Below are positions 56,163-64,000 of a stretch of DNA of 64,000 nucleotides, piece after piece (position 1 is the stretch's first letter; every line of letters starts with the position of its first letter). This DNA is from Patescibacteria group bacterium (lineage in GTDB: Bacteria; Patescibacteriota; Minisyncoccia; Moranbacterales; UBA2206): positions 13,508 to 77,507 of the forward strand of contig JAKLFF010000003.1 in the NCBI GenBank assembly GCA_022711335.1, read 5' to 3'. Below the pieces are notes generated by a model, which saw nothing but the letters and a program-made list of their open reading frames with translations, did no database searches and was not told where the DNA came from. Position numbers and translations under genes: made by a program.

Positions 56163-58250
56163 CTATTTCTTTCCCCCTATTACTTCTTCCGCTACATTTT
56201 TCGGAACTTCCGCATAATGGCCGAATTCCATAGAATAATTGGCGCGACCCTGTGTCATAGAACGAAGCGCCGTAGCATAGCCAAACATGGAAGCTAGCGG
56301 GACTTCTGATTCAATCACTTTTACCCGCGCGTTTCCTTCGCCTCGATCGTTCATTTCCCGAATAATTCCCCGCTTTGAATTGATATCACCGACGACATCT
56401 CCCATAAATTGTTCCGGAGTAATCACATTTACTTTCATAATCGGTTCCAAAATAACCGGCTTTGCCCTTCTCACCGCTTCTTTAAACGCCATAGAACCGG
56501 CAATTTTGAAGGCTGCTTCGGACGAGTCCACTTCGTGAAAGGATCCATCATAAACAGTCGCCTTGACATCTACGATCGGATATCCGGCTAAAACTCCGTT
56601 ATCCATTGCTTCTTTCACTCCTTTTCCGATTGGCGCAATATATTCCTGCGGAATTATGCCGCCCTTAATTTCATCCACAAATTCAAAACCTGCTCCCGGC
56701 TCCTGGGGCTCAACTTTAATCCAGCAGTGTCCGTATTGTCCGCGTCCGCCAGATTGGCGGATATATTTTCCCTCCGCTTCCGCTATTTGCCTTATGGTTT
56801 CCCGATAAGCTACCTGTGGCTGGCCGATGTTAGCTTCCACCTTAAATTCTCTTTTCATCCGATCAACAATGATGTCAAGATGAAGCTCTCCCATTCCCTC
56901 GATAATAGTTTGTCCGGATTCTTCATCGGTATGCACCCGAAAAGTCGGGTCTTCCTCCGAAAGCTTCCGGAGAGCCAATCCCATTTTTTCCTGATCTGCT
57001 TTCGTTTTCGGTTCGATCGCAATTGATATAACCGGTTCGGGAAAGGTAATCGATTCGAGAAGCACTGGTTTTTCCGGGTCGCAAAGAGTATCTCCGGTTG
57101 AAGTATTTTTCATCCCCACGAGAGCTCCGATTCCTCCGGCGTAAATTTCTGAAATTTCTTCCCTGTGGTTGGAATGCATTTGAAGGATTCTTCCCACTCT
57201 TTCCTTTCCCCCTTTTGAAGAGTTGAGCACATATGATCCAGCTTTCAGCATCCCGCTATAAACCCGGAAAAAAGTCAGCTGCCCTACAAAAGGGTCGGTT
57301 GCAACCTTAAAAGCCAGCGCGGCGAAAGAAGCGTTATCATCGCATTTAATTTCTACTTCTTTTTCCGGATCCTTAACATCCATCCCTTTGATATTAGGAA
57401 CATCCAGTGGAGACGGCAAATAATCAATTACGCCGTCCAAAACCAGCTGAACTCCCTTGTTTCGAAGAGCTGTTCCCGTAAAAACCGGCATAAGCGTAGT
57501 GCTAACAGTTGCTTTTCTAAGCGCCTTTTTTAATTCTTCTTCTGTTATTTTTTCTCCATTCAAATATTTTTCCGTTAGCATATCGTCAGTTTCGGAAATT
57601 TTTTCCACCATTTTTTCCCGCCATTCTTTGGCTTTTTCAGCAAGTTCCGAAGGAATTTCCCCTTCATTCACAATTTCTCCCATTTCTCCGGAAAAAGTAT
57701 AAGCTTTCATTTTGACAAGATCCACTACGCCTGAAAAATCATTCCGTTCCCCGATAGGAATCTGGACTGCGACAGCATTCGGAGTGAGGCGGTTCCAGAT
57801 AGTATCTAAAGAATAATAAAAATCGGCGCCTTCTTTGTCGATTTTATTGATAAAACAAATCCTTGGAACATTATATTTGTCAGCTTGTCTCCAAACTGTC
57901 TCTGACTGTGGCTCCACGCCTTCTTTTCCGTCAAAAACCACCACGCCCCCGTCAAGCACTCGGAGCGATCTTTCTACTTCCACCGTAAAATCTACATGTC
58001 CCGGAGTATCGATTATATTTATCTGATGATCTTTCCAGAAACAAGTTGTCGCAGCCGAAGTAATAGTGATTCCGCGCTCTTTTTCCTGATCCATCCAATC
58101 CATAACCGCCTCGCCTTCATGCACTTCTCCGATTTTATGCGTAATTCCGGTATAGAATAAAACCCGCTCGGTCGTGGTCGTTTTTCCGGCGTCGATATGG
58201 GCGATAATGCCTATATTTCTATATTTTTCGATTGGATACTGTCGTGCCAT
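56163..58250 (-). CDS. fusA: elongation factor G
   Basis: AHIDAGKTT and all five EF-G domains. Confidence 0.98.
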   Translation of the reverse strand: MARQYPIEKYRNIGIIAHIDAGKTTTTERVLFYTGITHKIGEVHEGEAVMDWMDQEKERGITITSAATTCFWKDHQINIIDTPGHVDFTVEVERSLRVLDGGVVVFDGKEGVEPQSETVWRQADKYNVPRICFINKIDKEGADFYYSLDTIWNRLTPNAVAVQIPIGERNDFSGVVDLVKMKAYTFSGEMGEIVNEGEIPSELAEKAKEWREKMVEKISETDDMLTEKYLNGEKITEEELKKALRKATVSTTLMPVFTGTALRNKGVQLVLDGVIDYLPSPLDVPNIKGMDVKDPEKEVEIKCDDNASFAALAFKVATDPFVGQLTFFRVYSGMLKAGSYVLNSSKGGKERVGRILQMHSNHREEISEIYAGGIGALVGMKNTSTGDTLCDPEKPVLLESITFPEPVISIAIEPKTKADQEKMGLALRKLSEEDPTFRVHTDEESGQTIIEGMGELHLDIIVDRMKREFKVEANIGQPQVAYRETIRQIAEAEGKYIRQSGGRGQYGHCWIKVEPQEPGAGFEFVDEIKGGIIPQEYIAPIGKGVKEAMDNGVLAGYPIVDVKATVYDGSFHEVDSSEAAFKIAGSMAFKEAVRRAKPVILEPIMKVNVITPEQFMGDVVGDINSKRGIIREMNDRGEGNARVKVIESEVPLASMFGYATALRSMTQGRANYSMEFGHYAEVPKNVAEEVIGGKK

Positions 58251-58392
58251 AAGTTTTTAGTTTTTTGTGTATAATTTAAAAAACGAATTTCTAATTTTGA
58301 ATTTTGAAATAATGCCTTAATTTCGAATGTTTTAAACATTTTACCATTCAAAATTGATTCGAAATTCAAAATTCCAAATTCAAAATTCGATA

Positions 58393-58860
58393 TTATGCGA
58401 AATGCGCAAACGCTTTGTTGGCTTCCGCCATCCGATGCACATCCTCTCTTTTTTTCATGGCTGCTCCAGTTTTATTCGCTGCATCAATCAGCTCTTCCGC
58501 CAGTTTTTGAGCCATTTTTTTGCCTTTTTTGGAATCAGCTGCTGCTTTTATCCAGCGAATAGCCAAAGTTGTTCTCCGTTCGCCGATTACTGATACCGGA
58601 ACCTGGTAATTGGCTCCGCCGATTCTCCGCGATTTGAGCTCCACGAGAGGAGAAATATTTTTTACCGCTTGTTCAAAAATATTAAGTCCGCCCCTTTTGG
58701 TTTGCGAGTGAATAATATTGAAAGCTTCATAAACAACTTTCTCCGCCAAATTTTTCTTGCCGTCTCTTATCAGGCTGTTCATAAATTTTCCCACCAGCAT
58801 ATTGCCGTATTTTGAATCCGGTCTCACGCTTTTCTTATAAATTCTTTTTCGTCTTGCCAT
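58393..58860 (-). CDS. rpsG: ribosomal protein S7
   Basis: S7 pattern. Confidence 0.95.
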   Translation of the reverse strand: MARRKRIYKKSVRPDSKYGNMLVGKFMNSLIRDGKKNLAEKVVYEAFNIIHSQTKRGGLNIFEQAVKNISPLVELKSRRIGGANYQVPVSVIGERRTTLAIRWIKAAADSKKGKKMAQKLAEELIDAANKTGAAMKKREDVHRMAEANKAFAHFA

Positions 58861-58881
58861 GCGATTATTTTCTACTAGTTA

Positions 58882-59301
58882 CTATTCTTTAGATTTTTCC
58901 CTTTTCGCTCCGTATTTGCTCCTTCCTCTTTTTCGATTAGAAACTCCGGATGTATCCAGAACACCCCTTACAACGTGGTATCTCACTCCCGGAAGATCTT
59001 TCACTCTTCCGCCGCGGATCATTACAATCGAATGCTCCTGGAGGTTATGCCCGATTCCGGGAATATAGGCCGTAACTTCCATGCCGTTTGTCAAACGGAC
59101 TCTGGCGATCTTTCTAAGGGCCGAGTTAGGCTTTTTTGGCGTTGTTGTGCTGACCTTAAGACACACTCCGCGCTTAAAAGGGCCGGCTGTGTCCATTGGC
59201 TTATTCTTGAGAGTATTGAAAACATACTTAAAAGCCGGGGTTTTAGTTTTTTTCCTTGTCAGTTTTCTTGGTCGTCTTTTTAATTGGTTAATAGTCGGCA
59301 T
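58882..59301 (-). CDS. rpsL: ribosomal protein S12 (with ~14-aa internal insertion near the N-terminus)
   Basis: PTINQL start and S12 core. Confidence 0.95.
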   Translation of the reverse strand: MPTINQLKRRPRKLTRKKTKTPAFKYVFNTLKNKPMDTAGPFKRGVCLKVSTTTPKKPNSALRKIARVRLTNGMEVTAYIPGIGHNLQEHSIVMIRGGRVKDLPGVRYHVVRGVLDTSGVSNRKRGRSKYGAKREKSKE

Positions 59302-59469
59302 GATTTTTTTTATTAATTACCCGCCTGCTGGCAGGCTAATCAAATGCTAATATGCTAATTTTATTCATACATTGATATATTCGTATAAAATTCGTACTAA
59401 CAAAAACAGCGCCATCGGCTGCAAAACCAGAATAAAGCATATTTCAAAGAATGTCAACACTCTGTGCGG

Positions 59470-60165
59470 CTAGACCGTTATTCCCAAAAACAAATTGAGC
59501 ATGGAATTTAGGAACACTCCCAGCGGTCCGGAAAAAAATATTATGAACGCAAGAAGAATTATAAATCCAAACTGTTCGAGCATCGCCATCGTTTCAACCT
59601 TTATATTGGCGGCTGCAAAAAGAAGTTTGGAGCCGTCCAGAGGCGGAATGGGGATAAGATTGAAAAAAGCCAGAAAAACATTCCAAAAAATTACCATGAC
59701 CAGAATTTCATAAAATATCGCGCCCATGGAACCGGCGATAATATTAGAAATCACGCTCCAATCGTTGAAATTATTGATTATATCAACCTTGGCAGAAATC
59801 GGGAGCACGATAAATTTTGCCAGTATTGCGGCAACAACCGCAATTAAAATATTCGACAAAGGCCCAGCTAGAGCCACTAATGCCGGTCCCCATTTTTGGT
59901 TTTTGAGATTATATGGATTATAAGGAACCGGTTTTGCCGATCCAAAGGCAAATCTTCCGCCGGTAAGAGCCAGCATAACTATGGGCATTCCCAAAGTGAG
60001 CCAGGGATCTATATGCTTAAGCGGATTAGCCGTCACTCTTCCAGCATATTTGGCCGTCAAATCTCCCAGCCACATCGCCACAACACCGTGCATCACTTCG
60101 TGGATGATCACGGTATAAAGCAATATCGCTACGTAAAAAAAGATTAAAACAATTTCATTTGCCAT
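59470..60165 (-). CDS. site-2 protease family (M50) membrane metalloprotease
   Basis: HEVMH in a TM helix. The track's M at 60180 is a TTG codon. ATG at 60165 is more likely. Confidence 0.75.
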   Translation of the reverse strand: MANEIVLIFFYVAILLYTVIIHEVMHGVVAMWLGDLTAKYAGRVTANPLKHIDPWLTLGMPIVMLALTGGRFAFGSAKPVPYNPYNLKNQKWGPALVALAGPLSNILIAVVAAILAKFIVLPISAKVDIINNFNDWSVISNIIAGSMGAIFYEILVMVIFWNVFLAFFNLIPIPPLDGSKLLFAAANIKVETMAMLEQFGFIILLAFIIFFSGPLGVFLNSMLNLFLGITV

Positions 60166-60224
60166 ATTTTTTCTTGCCAAATTTACTTTTCCATGCTAAC
60201 TTAAATTTTGTAATAAATCAACTA

Positions 60225-60307
60225 GGCCATGGAACATGTAGCATACAACATGTAACAGAATTTTCTCTGTTTTTGTTTTTTGTCATATGTTTCATGTTAT
60301 ATGTCAT
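60225..60307. repeat. Family A element in the divergent region, abutting the rpmB ATG
   Basis: CATGGAACATG..ATGTTTCATGTTATATGTCATATG. Confidence 0.6.
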
Positions 60308-60481
60308 ATGTCTAGAGTCTGTGAAATTTGCGGCCGAGGATCGCAATCGGGCCACAAAGTCAGCCATTCCAACATTAAAACCCTTCGAAAATTCATGGTC
60401 AATCTTCAGACTAAAAAAGTTAACGGAGAAAGAAAAAGGGTCTGCACAAAATGCATAAAAACTTTGTCTAAAGCGGAGTAA
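60308..60481 (+). CDS. rpmB: ribosomal protein L28
   Basis: [10 protein letters not shown] start, 57 aa. Confidence 0.85.
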   Translation: MSRVCEICGRGSQSGHKVSHSNIKTLRKFMVNLQTKKVNGERKRVCTKCIKTLSKAE

Positions 60482-60505
60482 TTTATTCTTGCTTCCAGGC
60501 GATGA

Positions 60506-60546
60506 AAAAATCTTTCTCATTTCGAGAAAGATTTTTGTTTTTTTTG
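60506..60546. terminator. bidirectional intrinsic terminator (rpmB / ndk)
   Basis: 13-bp stem AAAAATCTTTCTC/GAGAAAGATTTTT plus T-run. Confidence 0.7.
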
Positions 60547-60558
60547 CAATAAAAAATT

Positions 60559-61176
60559 TTATTCCAATATTCCGTCCAGATTCACATCGTAAAGGATTTC
60601 ATCCTGTATCAGCCGATAACTTAAAATTTCGTTTTTGGAAAACCAAATCGGAATTTCTTTTTCCGCTTCTTCTGTATTTCCGGAAGCATGGATTAGATTC
60701 CGGATGCTTCTTTGGCCCAAATCTGCCATTTGATAAGTGTCCAAAGTAAAATCTCCGCGGATAGTTCCCATATCGGAGGATAATGGCTCGGTTCCTCCGG
60801 TAATTTTTCTGACCAAACCCACAGCTTGATTGCCTTGCCAAATCATCGCGATAACCGGTCCGGAACTTAAATATTTAGCGTTGGCATTCATAATAGCCGT
60901 ACCGTTCTCCCTAAAAGTTTTAAACGGCGATTTCAACCCTTTTTTTTCATAAGACGCCGCCGCCTTTCTCCCGACTTCCTCCAGCCATGCGTCCCCGCCA
61001 ACTTCGTAATAATGCTTGATGGCCATTTCTTCCGTGGGAATAAGCATTTTTAAAGCCAGCATTTTTAATCCCACTCTTTCATATCTCTTGATTATTTCAC
61101 CAATTAGGCTTCTTTGAACTCCGTCCGGCTTTATGACTACCAGCGTCCGTTCTTTTGATGGATGATCTTTTTTCAT
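60559..61176 (-). CDS. ndk: nucleoside diphosphate kinase with C-terminal extension
   Basis: LVVIKPDGVQR and NLIHASG motifs. Confidence 0.85.
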   Translation of the reverse strand: MKKDHPSKERTLVVIKPDGVQRSLIGEIIKRYERVGLKMLALKMLIPTEEMAIKHYYEVGGDAWLEEVGRKAAASYEKKGLKSPFKTFRENGTAIMNANAKYLSSGPVIAMIWQGNQAVGLVRKITGGTEPLSSDMGTIRGDFTLDTYQMADLGQRSIRNLIHASGNTEEAEKEIPIWFSKNEILSYRLIQDEILYDVNLDGILE

Positions 61177-61238
61177 GATTTATAAATTTATTTCTTATAA
61201 TTGGATACTACCAAATAAAAATAATTTGGACAAGAAAA

Positions 61239-62246
61239 TTATTCTTCTGATTCTTTGAGTTTTTTATAAATTTCTTTTCCAATTTCTTTCATAAGTTTTG
61301 CATCCGCCTTAAGAGCGGCTTTAGCTATTTCCCGGCCAACTCCCAGCTTTACTTCCCCGAAAGAATAAGAGTTGCCTTTTTTCGCAGCTACTTCATATTT
61401 CACCGCCGTATCCAAAACATCGCCAGAAGCGGAAATTCCTTCGTTGTACATAATATCAAACTCCGTTGTTTTAAAAGGGGGGGCTACTTTATTTTTCACT
61501 ATTTTGACTTTCACTCGGTTGCCAACGACATCCTCGCCTTTTTTAATCTGCGCCGCCCTTCTCACTTCAATTCGTACGGATGAATAAAATTTTAGTGCAT
61601 TGCCTCCAGTCGTTGTCTCCGGATTGCCGAACATCACGCCAATCTTCATTCGGATCTGGTTTATAAAAATAACCGTGCAATTGGATTTGGAAATAATCGA
61701 GGTTAATTTTCGAAGGGCCTGCGACATAAGCCTGGCTTGGCGCCCCATGTGCTGGTCGCCCATCTCGCCTTCGATCTCTGCTCGCGGAACCAGCGCCGCC
61801 ACGCTGTCTACAACGATAATATTGACCTCTCCGGAACTTACCAGCGTTTCCACAATATCAAGCGCTTGCTCGCCGTTATCTGGCTGGGAAATCAAAAGGT
61901 CATTGATGCTCACTCCGATTTTTTTGGCATATTCGGGATCCAGGGCATGCTCTGCATCAATAAACGCCGCCACGCCTCCTGCTTTCTGGGCATTGGCGAT
62001 TATATGAAGAGTTAGCGTCGTTTTTCCGGAAGATTCAGGTCCGTATATTTCTACCACTCTTCCTCTTGGAATTCCTCCGATGCCCAGAGCGATATCAAGC
62101 GAAATTGAACCGGTTGGAATCGATTCAACATCCACTTTCTTAATATCTCCCAGTTTCATGATAATCCCTTCTCCAAATTTTTCTTTAATCTCAGTTACCA
62201 CATTCTCCAAGCCCTTATTGCCCCCTTTGTTTTCCTCTTTCGCCAT
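61239..62246 (-). CDS. recA: recombinase RecA
   Basis: GPESSGKTT motif and loop regions. Track N-terminus to 62291 is translated A repeat. Confidence 0.95.
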   Translation of the reverse strand: MAKEENKGGNKGLENVVTEIKEKFGEGIIMKLGDIKKVDVESIPTGSISLDIALGIGGIPRGRVVEIYGPESSGKTTLTLHIIANAQKAGGVAAFIDAEHALDPEYAKKIGVSINDLLISQPDNGEQALDIVETLVSSGEVNIIVVDSVAALVPRAEIEGEMGDQHMGRQARLMSQALRKLTSIISKSNCTVIFINQIRMKIGVMFGNPETTTGGNALKFYSSVRIEVRRAAQIKKGEDVVGNRVKVKIVKNKVAPPFKTTEFDIMYNEGISASGDVLDTAVKYEVAAKKGNSYSFGEVKLGVGREIAKAALKADAKLMKEIGKEIYKKLKESEE

Positions 62247-62358
62247 AACTTTATATAACATATAACATGAAACGTATAGCATTTCATCCAATATGTTTGA
62301 AAAAATTAATTTTTAATTATATCTTCATGTTCCACATTATCTGCTATATGCTACATGA
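62247..62358. repeat. Family A element
   Basis: Fills the rodZ-recA gap. Confidence 0.6.
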
Positions 62359-63363
62359 TTAGTATTTGGTGTCCCTATTAAATACTACGCCTCTCACTGC
62401 TCCCGGATCTTGCCCAAGCGTTCCAATATCCTTGCCATTAAATTTAACATAGGTGGCGTTAGCTCGTCCAGAATTTATAACGATTTTATCCCCGGCACGG
62501 AAGCTCTGAACCGCTCCTGACAGCATTGTTCCTGAAAAAACCAGATTTTCATCGGCCTCAACCGAAAGCCAAACTGGACCTGGGTCAACTTTTATCTCAA
62601 TTTGAATTTCGTTCAATTCAGCCAAAACTGACTCCTCTTTTGATCCATCCTGGCCGCCTTGCGCCGTATCTTCCTTAAAGTTAGACCGGATTGACAGAGA
62701 GCTTAGCGTTTCTTTTCCGAACTTATTTATCGCTTTCATATTCAGAGCATTGATCCCGGATTGCAGAGTGATATTTTCGGAGAATTTTCCATCATCTCCA
62801 ACCAAAATCGGCTGATCGTTCACAAAAACTCGAACATCTTTATCAGTAACCCCCTCTACGCGCAAGCTATTTCCATCCACCGAAGTGTCCGGCTGTGGAT
62901 TGAGGATAATAAGCCGCGGAGCATCGGTAAACGACCCAATTTCCTTGTATAAATAAAATAATCCGGAAAATATCAAAATTGCGATTAACGACATAGCTAT
63001 TTTTTGGGGAGTAAAAACAAAGGAAGAAATGTTAATCGGTTTTTGAACAGATTTTTCAGCTTGCGGATTTTTGCTTTCTTCGAGATTTTTTTTAATCCCC
63101 TTCTCCTTCTCGTACAGCTTTATAAGCACATTCCCGTCTACTCCTAAAAAATCCGCATAGCTTCGAAGAAATCCTCTCACATAAACATCAGCTGGAAGCT
63201 TATCCCATCTGCCTTCTTCGAGATATTCAAGATAAGCAATTTGAATTTTTGTAATTCTGGAAACTTCGTTGAGAGCCATCCTTTTTCCATTTCTAAGCTG
63301 CCTCAGCTTTTCCCCCAGTGTTAGCGTTCCAACTCTCTTTTTTGTAAAACTGTTTCTAAGCAT
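62359..63363 (-). CDS. rodZ: RodZ-like (HTH plus TM plus C-terminal DUF4115-like)
   Basis: HTH LGEKLRQLR...YVRGFLRSYA. Confidence 0.7.
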   Translation of the reverse strand: MLRNSFTKKRVGTLTLGEKLRQLRNGKRMALNEVSRITKIQIAYLEYLEEGRWDKLPADVYVRGFLRSYADFLGVDGNVLIKLYEKEKGIKKNLEESKNPQAEKSVQKPINISSFVFTPQKIAMSLIAILIFSGLFYLYKEIGSFTDAPRLIILNPQPDTSVDGNSLRVEGVTDKDVRVFVNDQPILVGDDGKFSENITLQSGINALNMKAINKFGKETLSSLSIRSNFKEDTAQGGQDGSKEESVLAELNEIQIEIKVDPGPVWLSVEADENLVFSGTMLSGAVQSFRAGDKIVINSGRANATYVKFNGKDIGTLGQDPGAVRGVVFNRDTKY

Positions 63364-63464
63364 AAAACATGAAGCATATAACATGAAACATATAACAAGG
63401 TACACCAGCATAAATGTTTCACTCTATGCTAAATGTTATATGTTATATGTTTCATGTTTTATGT
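63364..63464. repeat. Family A element
   Basis: Fills the ftsK-rodZ gap. Confidence 0.6.
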
Positions 63465-64000
63465 TTATATTTGCCATTTGTCCCTCTTTTCCTGATCTTC
63501 TGTTGTATTCTCGTAATTTGTTTCTTCCGGATTGCCATTCGCATAAACTTCTCTCGGTTTGGCGCCATCAGCCGGACCAACTATTCCTTTATCTTCCAAG
63601 ACATCCAGGAGCCGAGCCGCCCGGGCATAACCAACGCGAAGACGGCGCTGGAGGAGAGAAGCGGAAGCTTTTTTAGCCCTGATCACTTCTTCTTTTGCCG
63701 CTTCGAAAAGCTCGTCTTCCTGATCATTGCTTGCCGCATTACTTTCAAACTTCAAAAGGCTCGTTTTCATTTCTCCAATAATATTTTCTTCTTTTTCAGA
63801 GTCTTTTACTTTTTGCTCTTTTATGAATTTTACCACTCTTTTCACTTCTGATTCGCTTACCAAAGCGCCCTGGATTCTTTTTGGTTTTGGAGAAGCTGCA
63901 GAAAGGTACAACAGATCACCATTCCCTAAAAGCTTCTCTGCTCCAGCCATGTCGAGGATAGTCCTTGAATCAATTTGGGTCGCCACTTGAAAGGCCACTC
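63465..64000 (-). CDS. ftsK: FtsK/SpoIIIE C-terminus including gamma winged-helix domain (partial, continues beyond the window)
   Basis: SASLLQRRLRVGYARAARLLDVLE gamma-domain motif. Confidence 0.75.
   Translation of the reverse strand, partial: VAFQVATQIDSRTILDMAGAEKLLGNGDLLYLSAASPKPKRIQGALVSESEVKRVVKFIKEQKVKDSEKEENIIGEMKTSLLKFESNAASNDQEDELFEAAKEEVIRAKKASASLLQRRLRVGYARAARLLDVLEDKGIVGPADGAKPREVYANGNPEETNYENTTEDQEKRDKWQI

Noticed and set aside
1-64000. Mobile genetic element, prophage or IS
   Set aside because: No transposase, integrase, recombinase, phage structural or RT gene is present. All repeats are short non-autonomous elements.

Overview
The window is a low-GC (~37%), gene-dense bacterial chromosome segment with a reduced, CPR-like character. 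L30 is absent between rpsE and rplO, ThrRS lacks its TGS domain, and L22 and S19 carry extended tails. Recognisable content is: dnaE, thrS (preceded by a probable T-box leader), miaB-miaA, a cluster of membrane-anchored or secreted proteins, and gatB followed by a nucleotide/dTTP-metabolism cluster (mazG-like, tmk, tandem ThyX-like, dCMP deaminase, two paralogous P-loop kinases). Further on are rplA-rplK-nusG-secE, tRNA-Ala(TGC) and tRNA-Ile(GAT), murD, an amidohydrolase and gap. There is a NAD-coupled [NiFe] hydrogenase locus (hoxEFU, hypC, hoxY, hoxH) with embedded non-canonical genes: a coiled-coil metzincin, a hypothetical protein, desulfoferrodoxin and a HypA-like protein without a zinc finger. 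Next come fba, tpiA, dedA, a galT-like gene, a GT2 gene, ruvX, map, adk, secY and the ribosomal spc/S10 operons. The str operon (rpsL-rpsG-fusA-tuf) has two extra genes, one Phd/YefM-like. The window ends with an M50 protease, rpmB, ndk, recA, a rodZ-like gene and a partial ftsK. The most striking property is the density of small structured repeats in at least eight families. Families D, E and F are hairpin modules inserted in-frame into dnaE, miaA and miaB, much like Rickettsia palindromic elements. Families A, B, C, G and H are palindromic elements that fill intergenic gaps and often end exactly at a start codon. No CRISPR array, rRNA, transposase, integrase or reverse transcriptase was seen. 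The ORF track shows at least one non-ATG start (TTG at the M50 protease), and several of its long N-termini are translated repeat sequence. I cannot run searches, so I name no homology hits.
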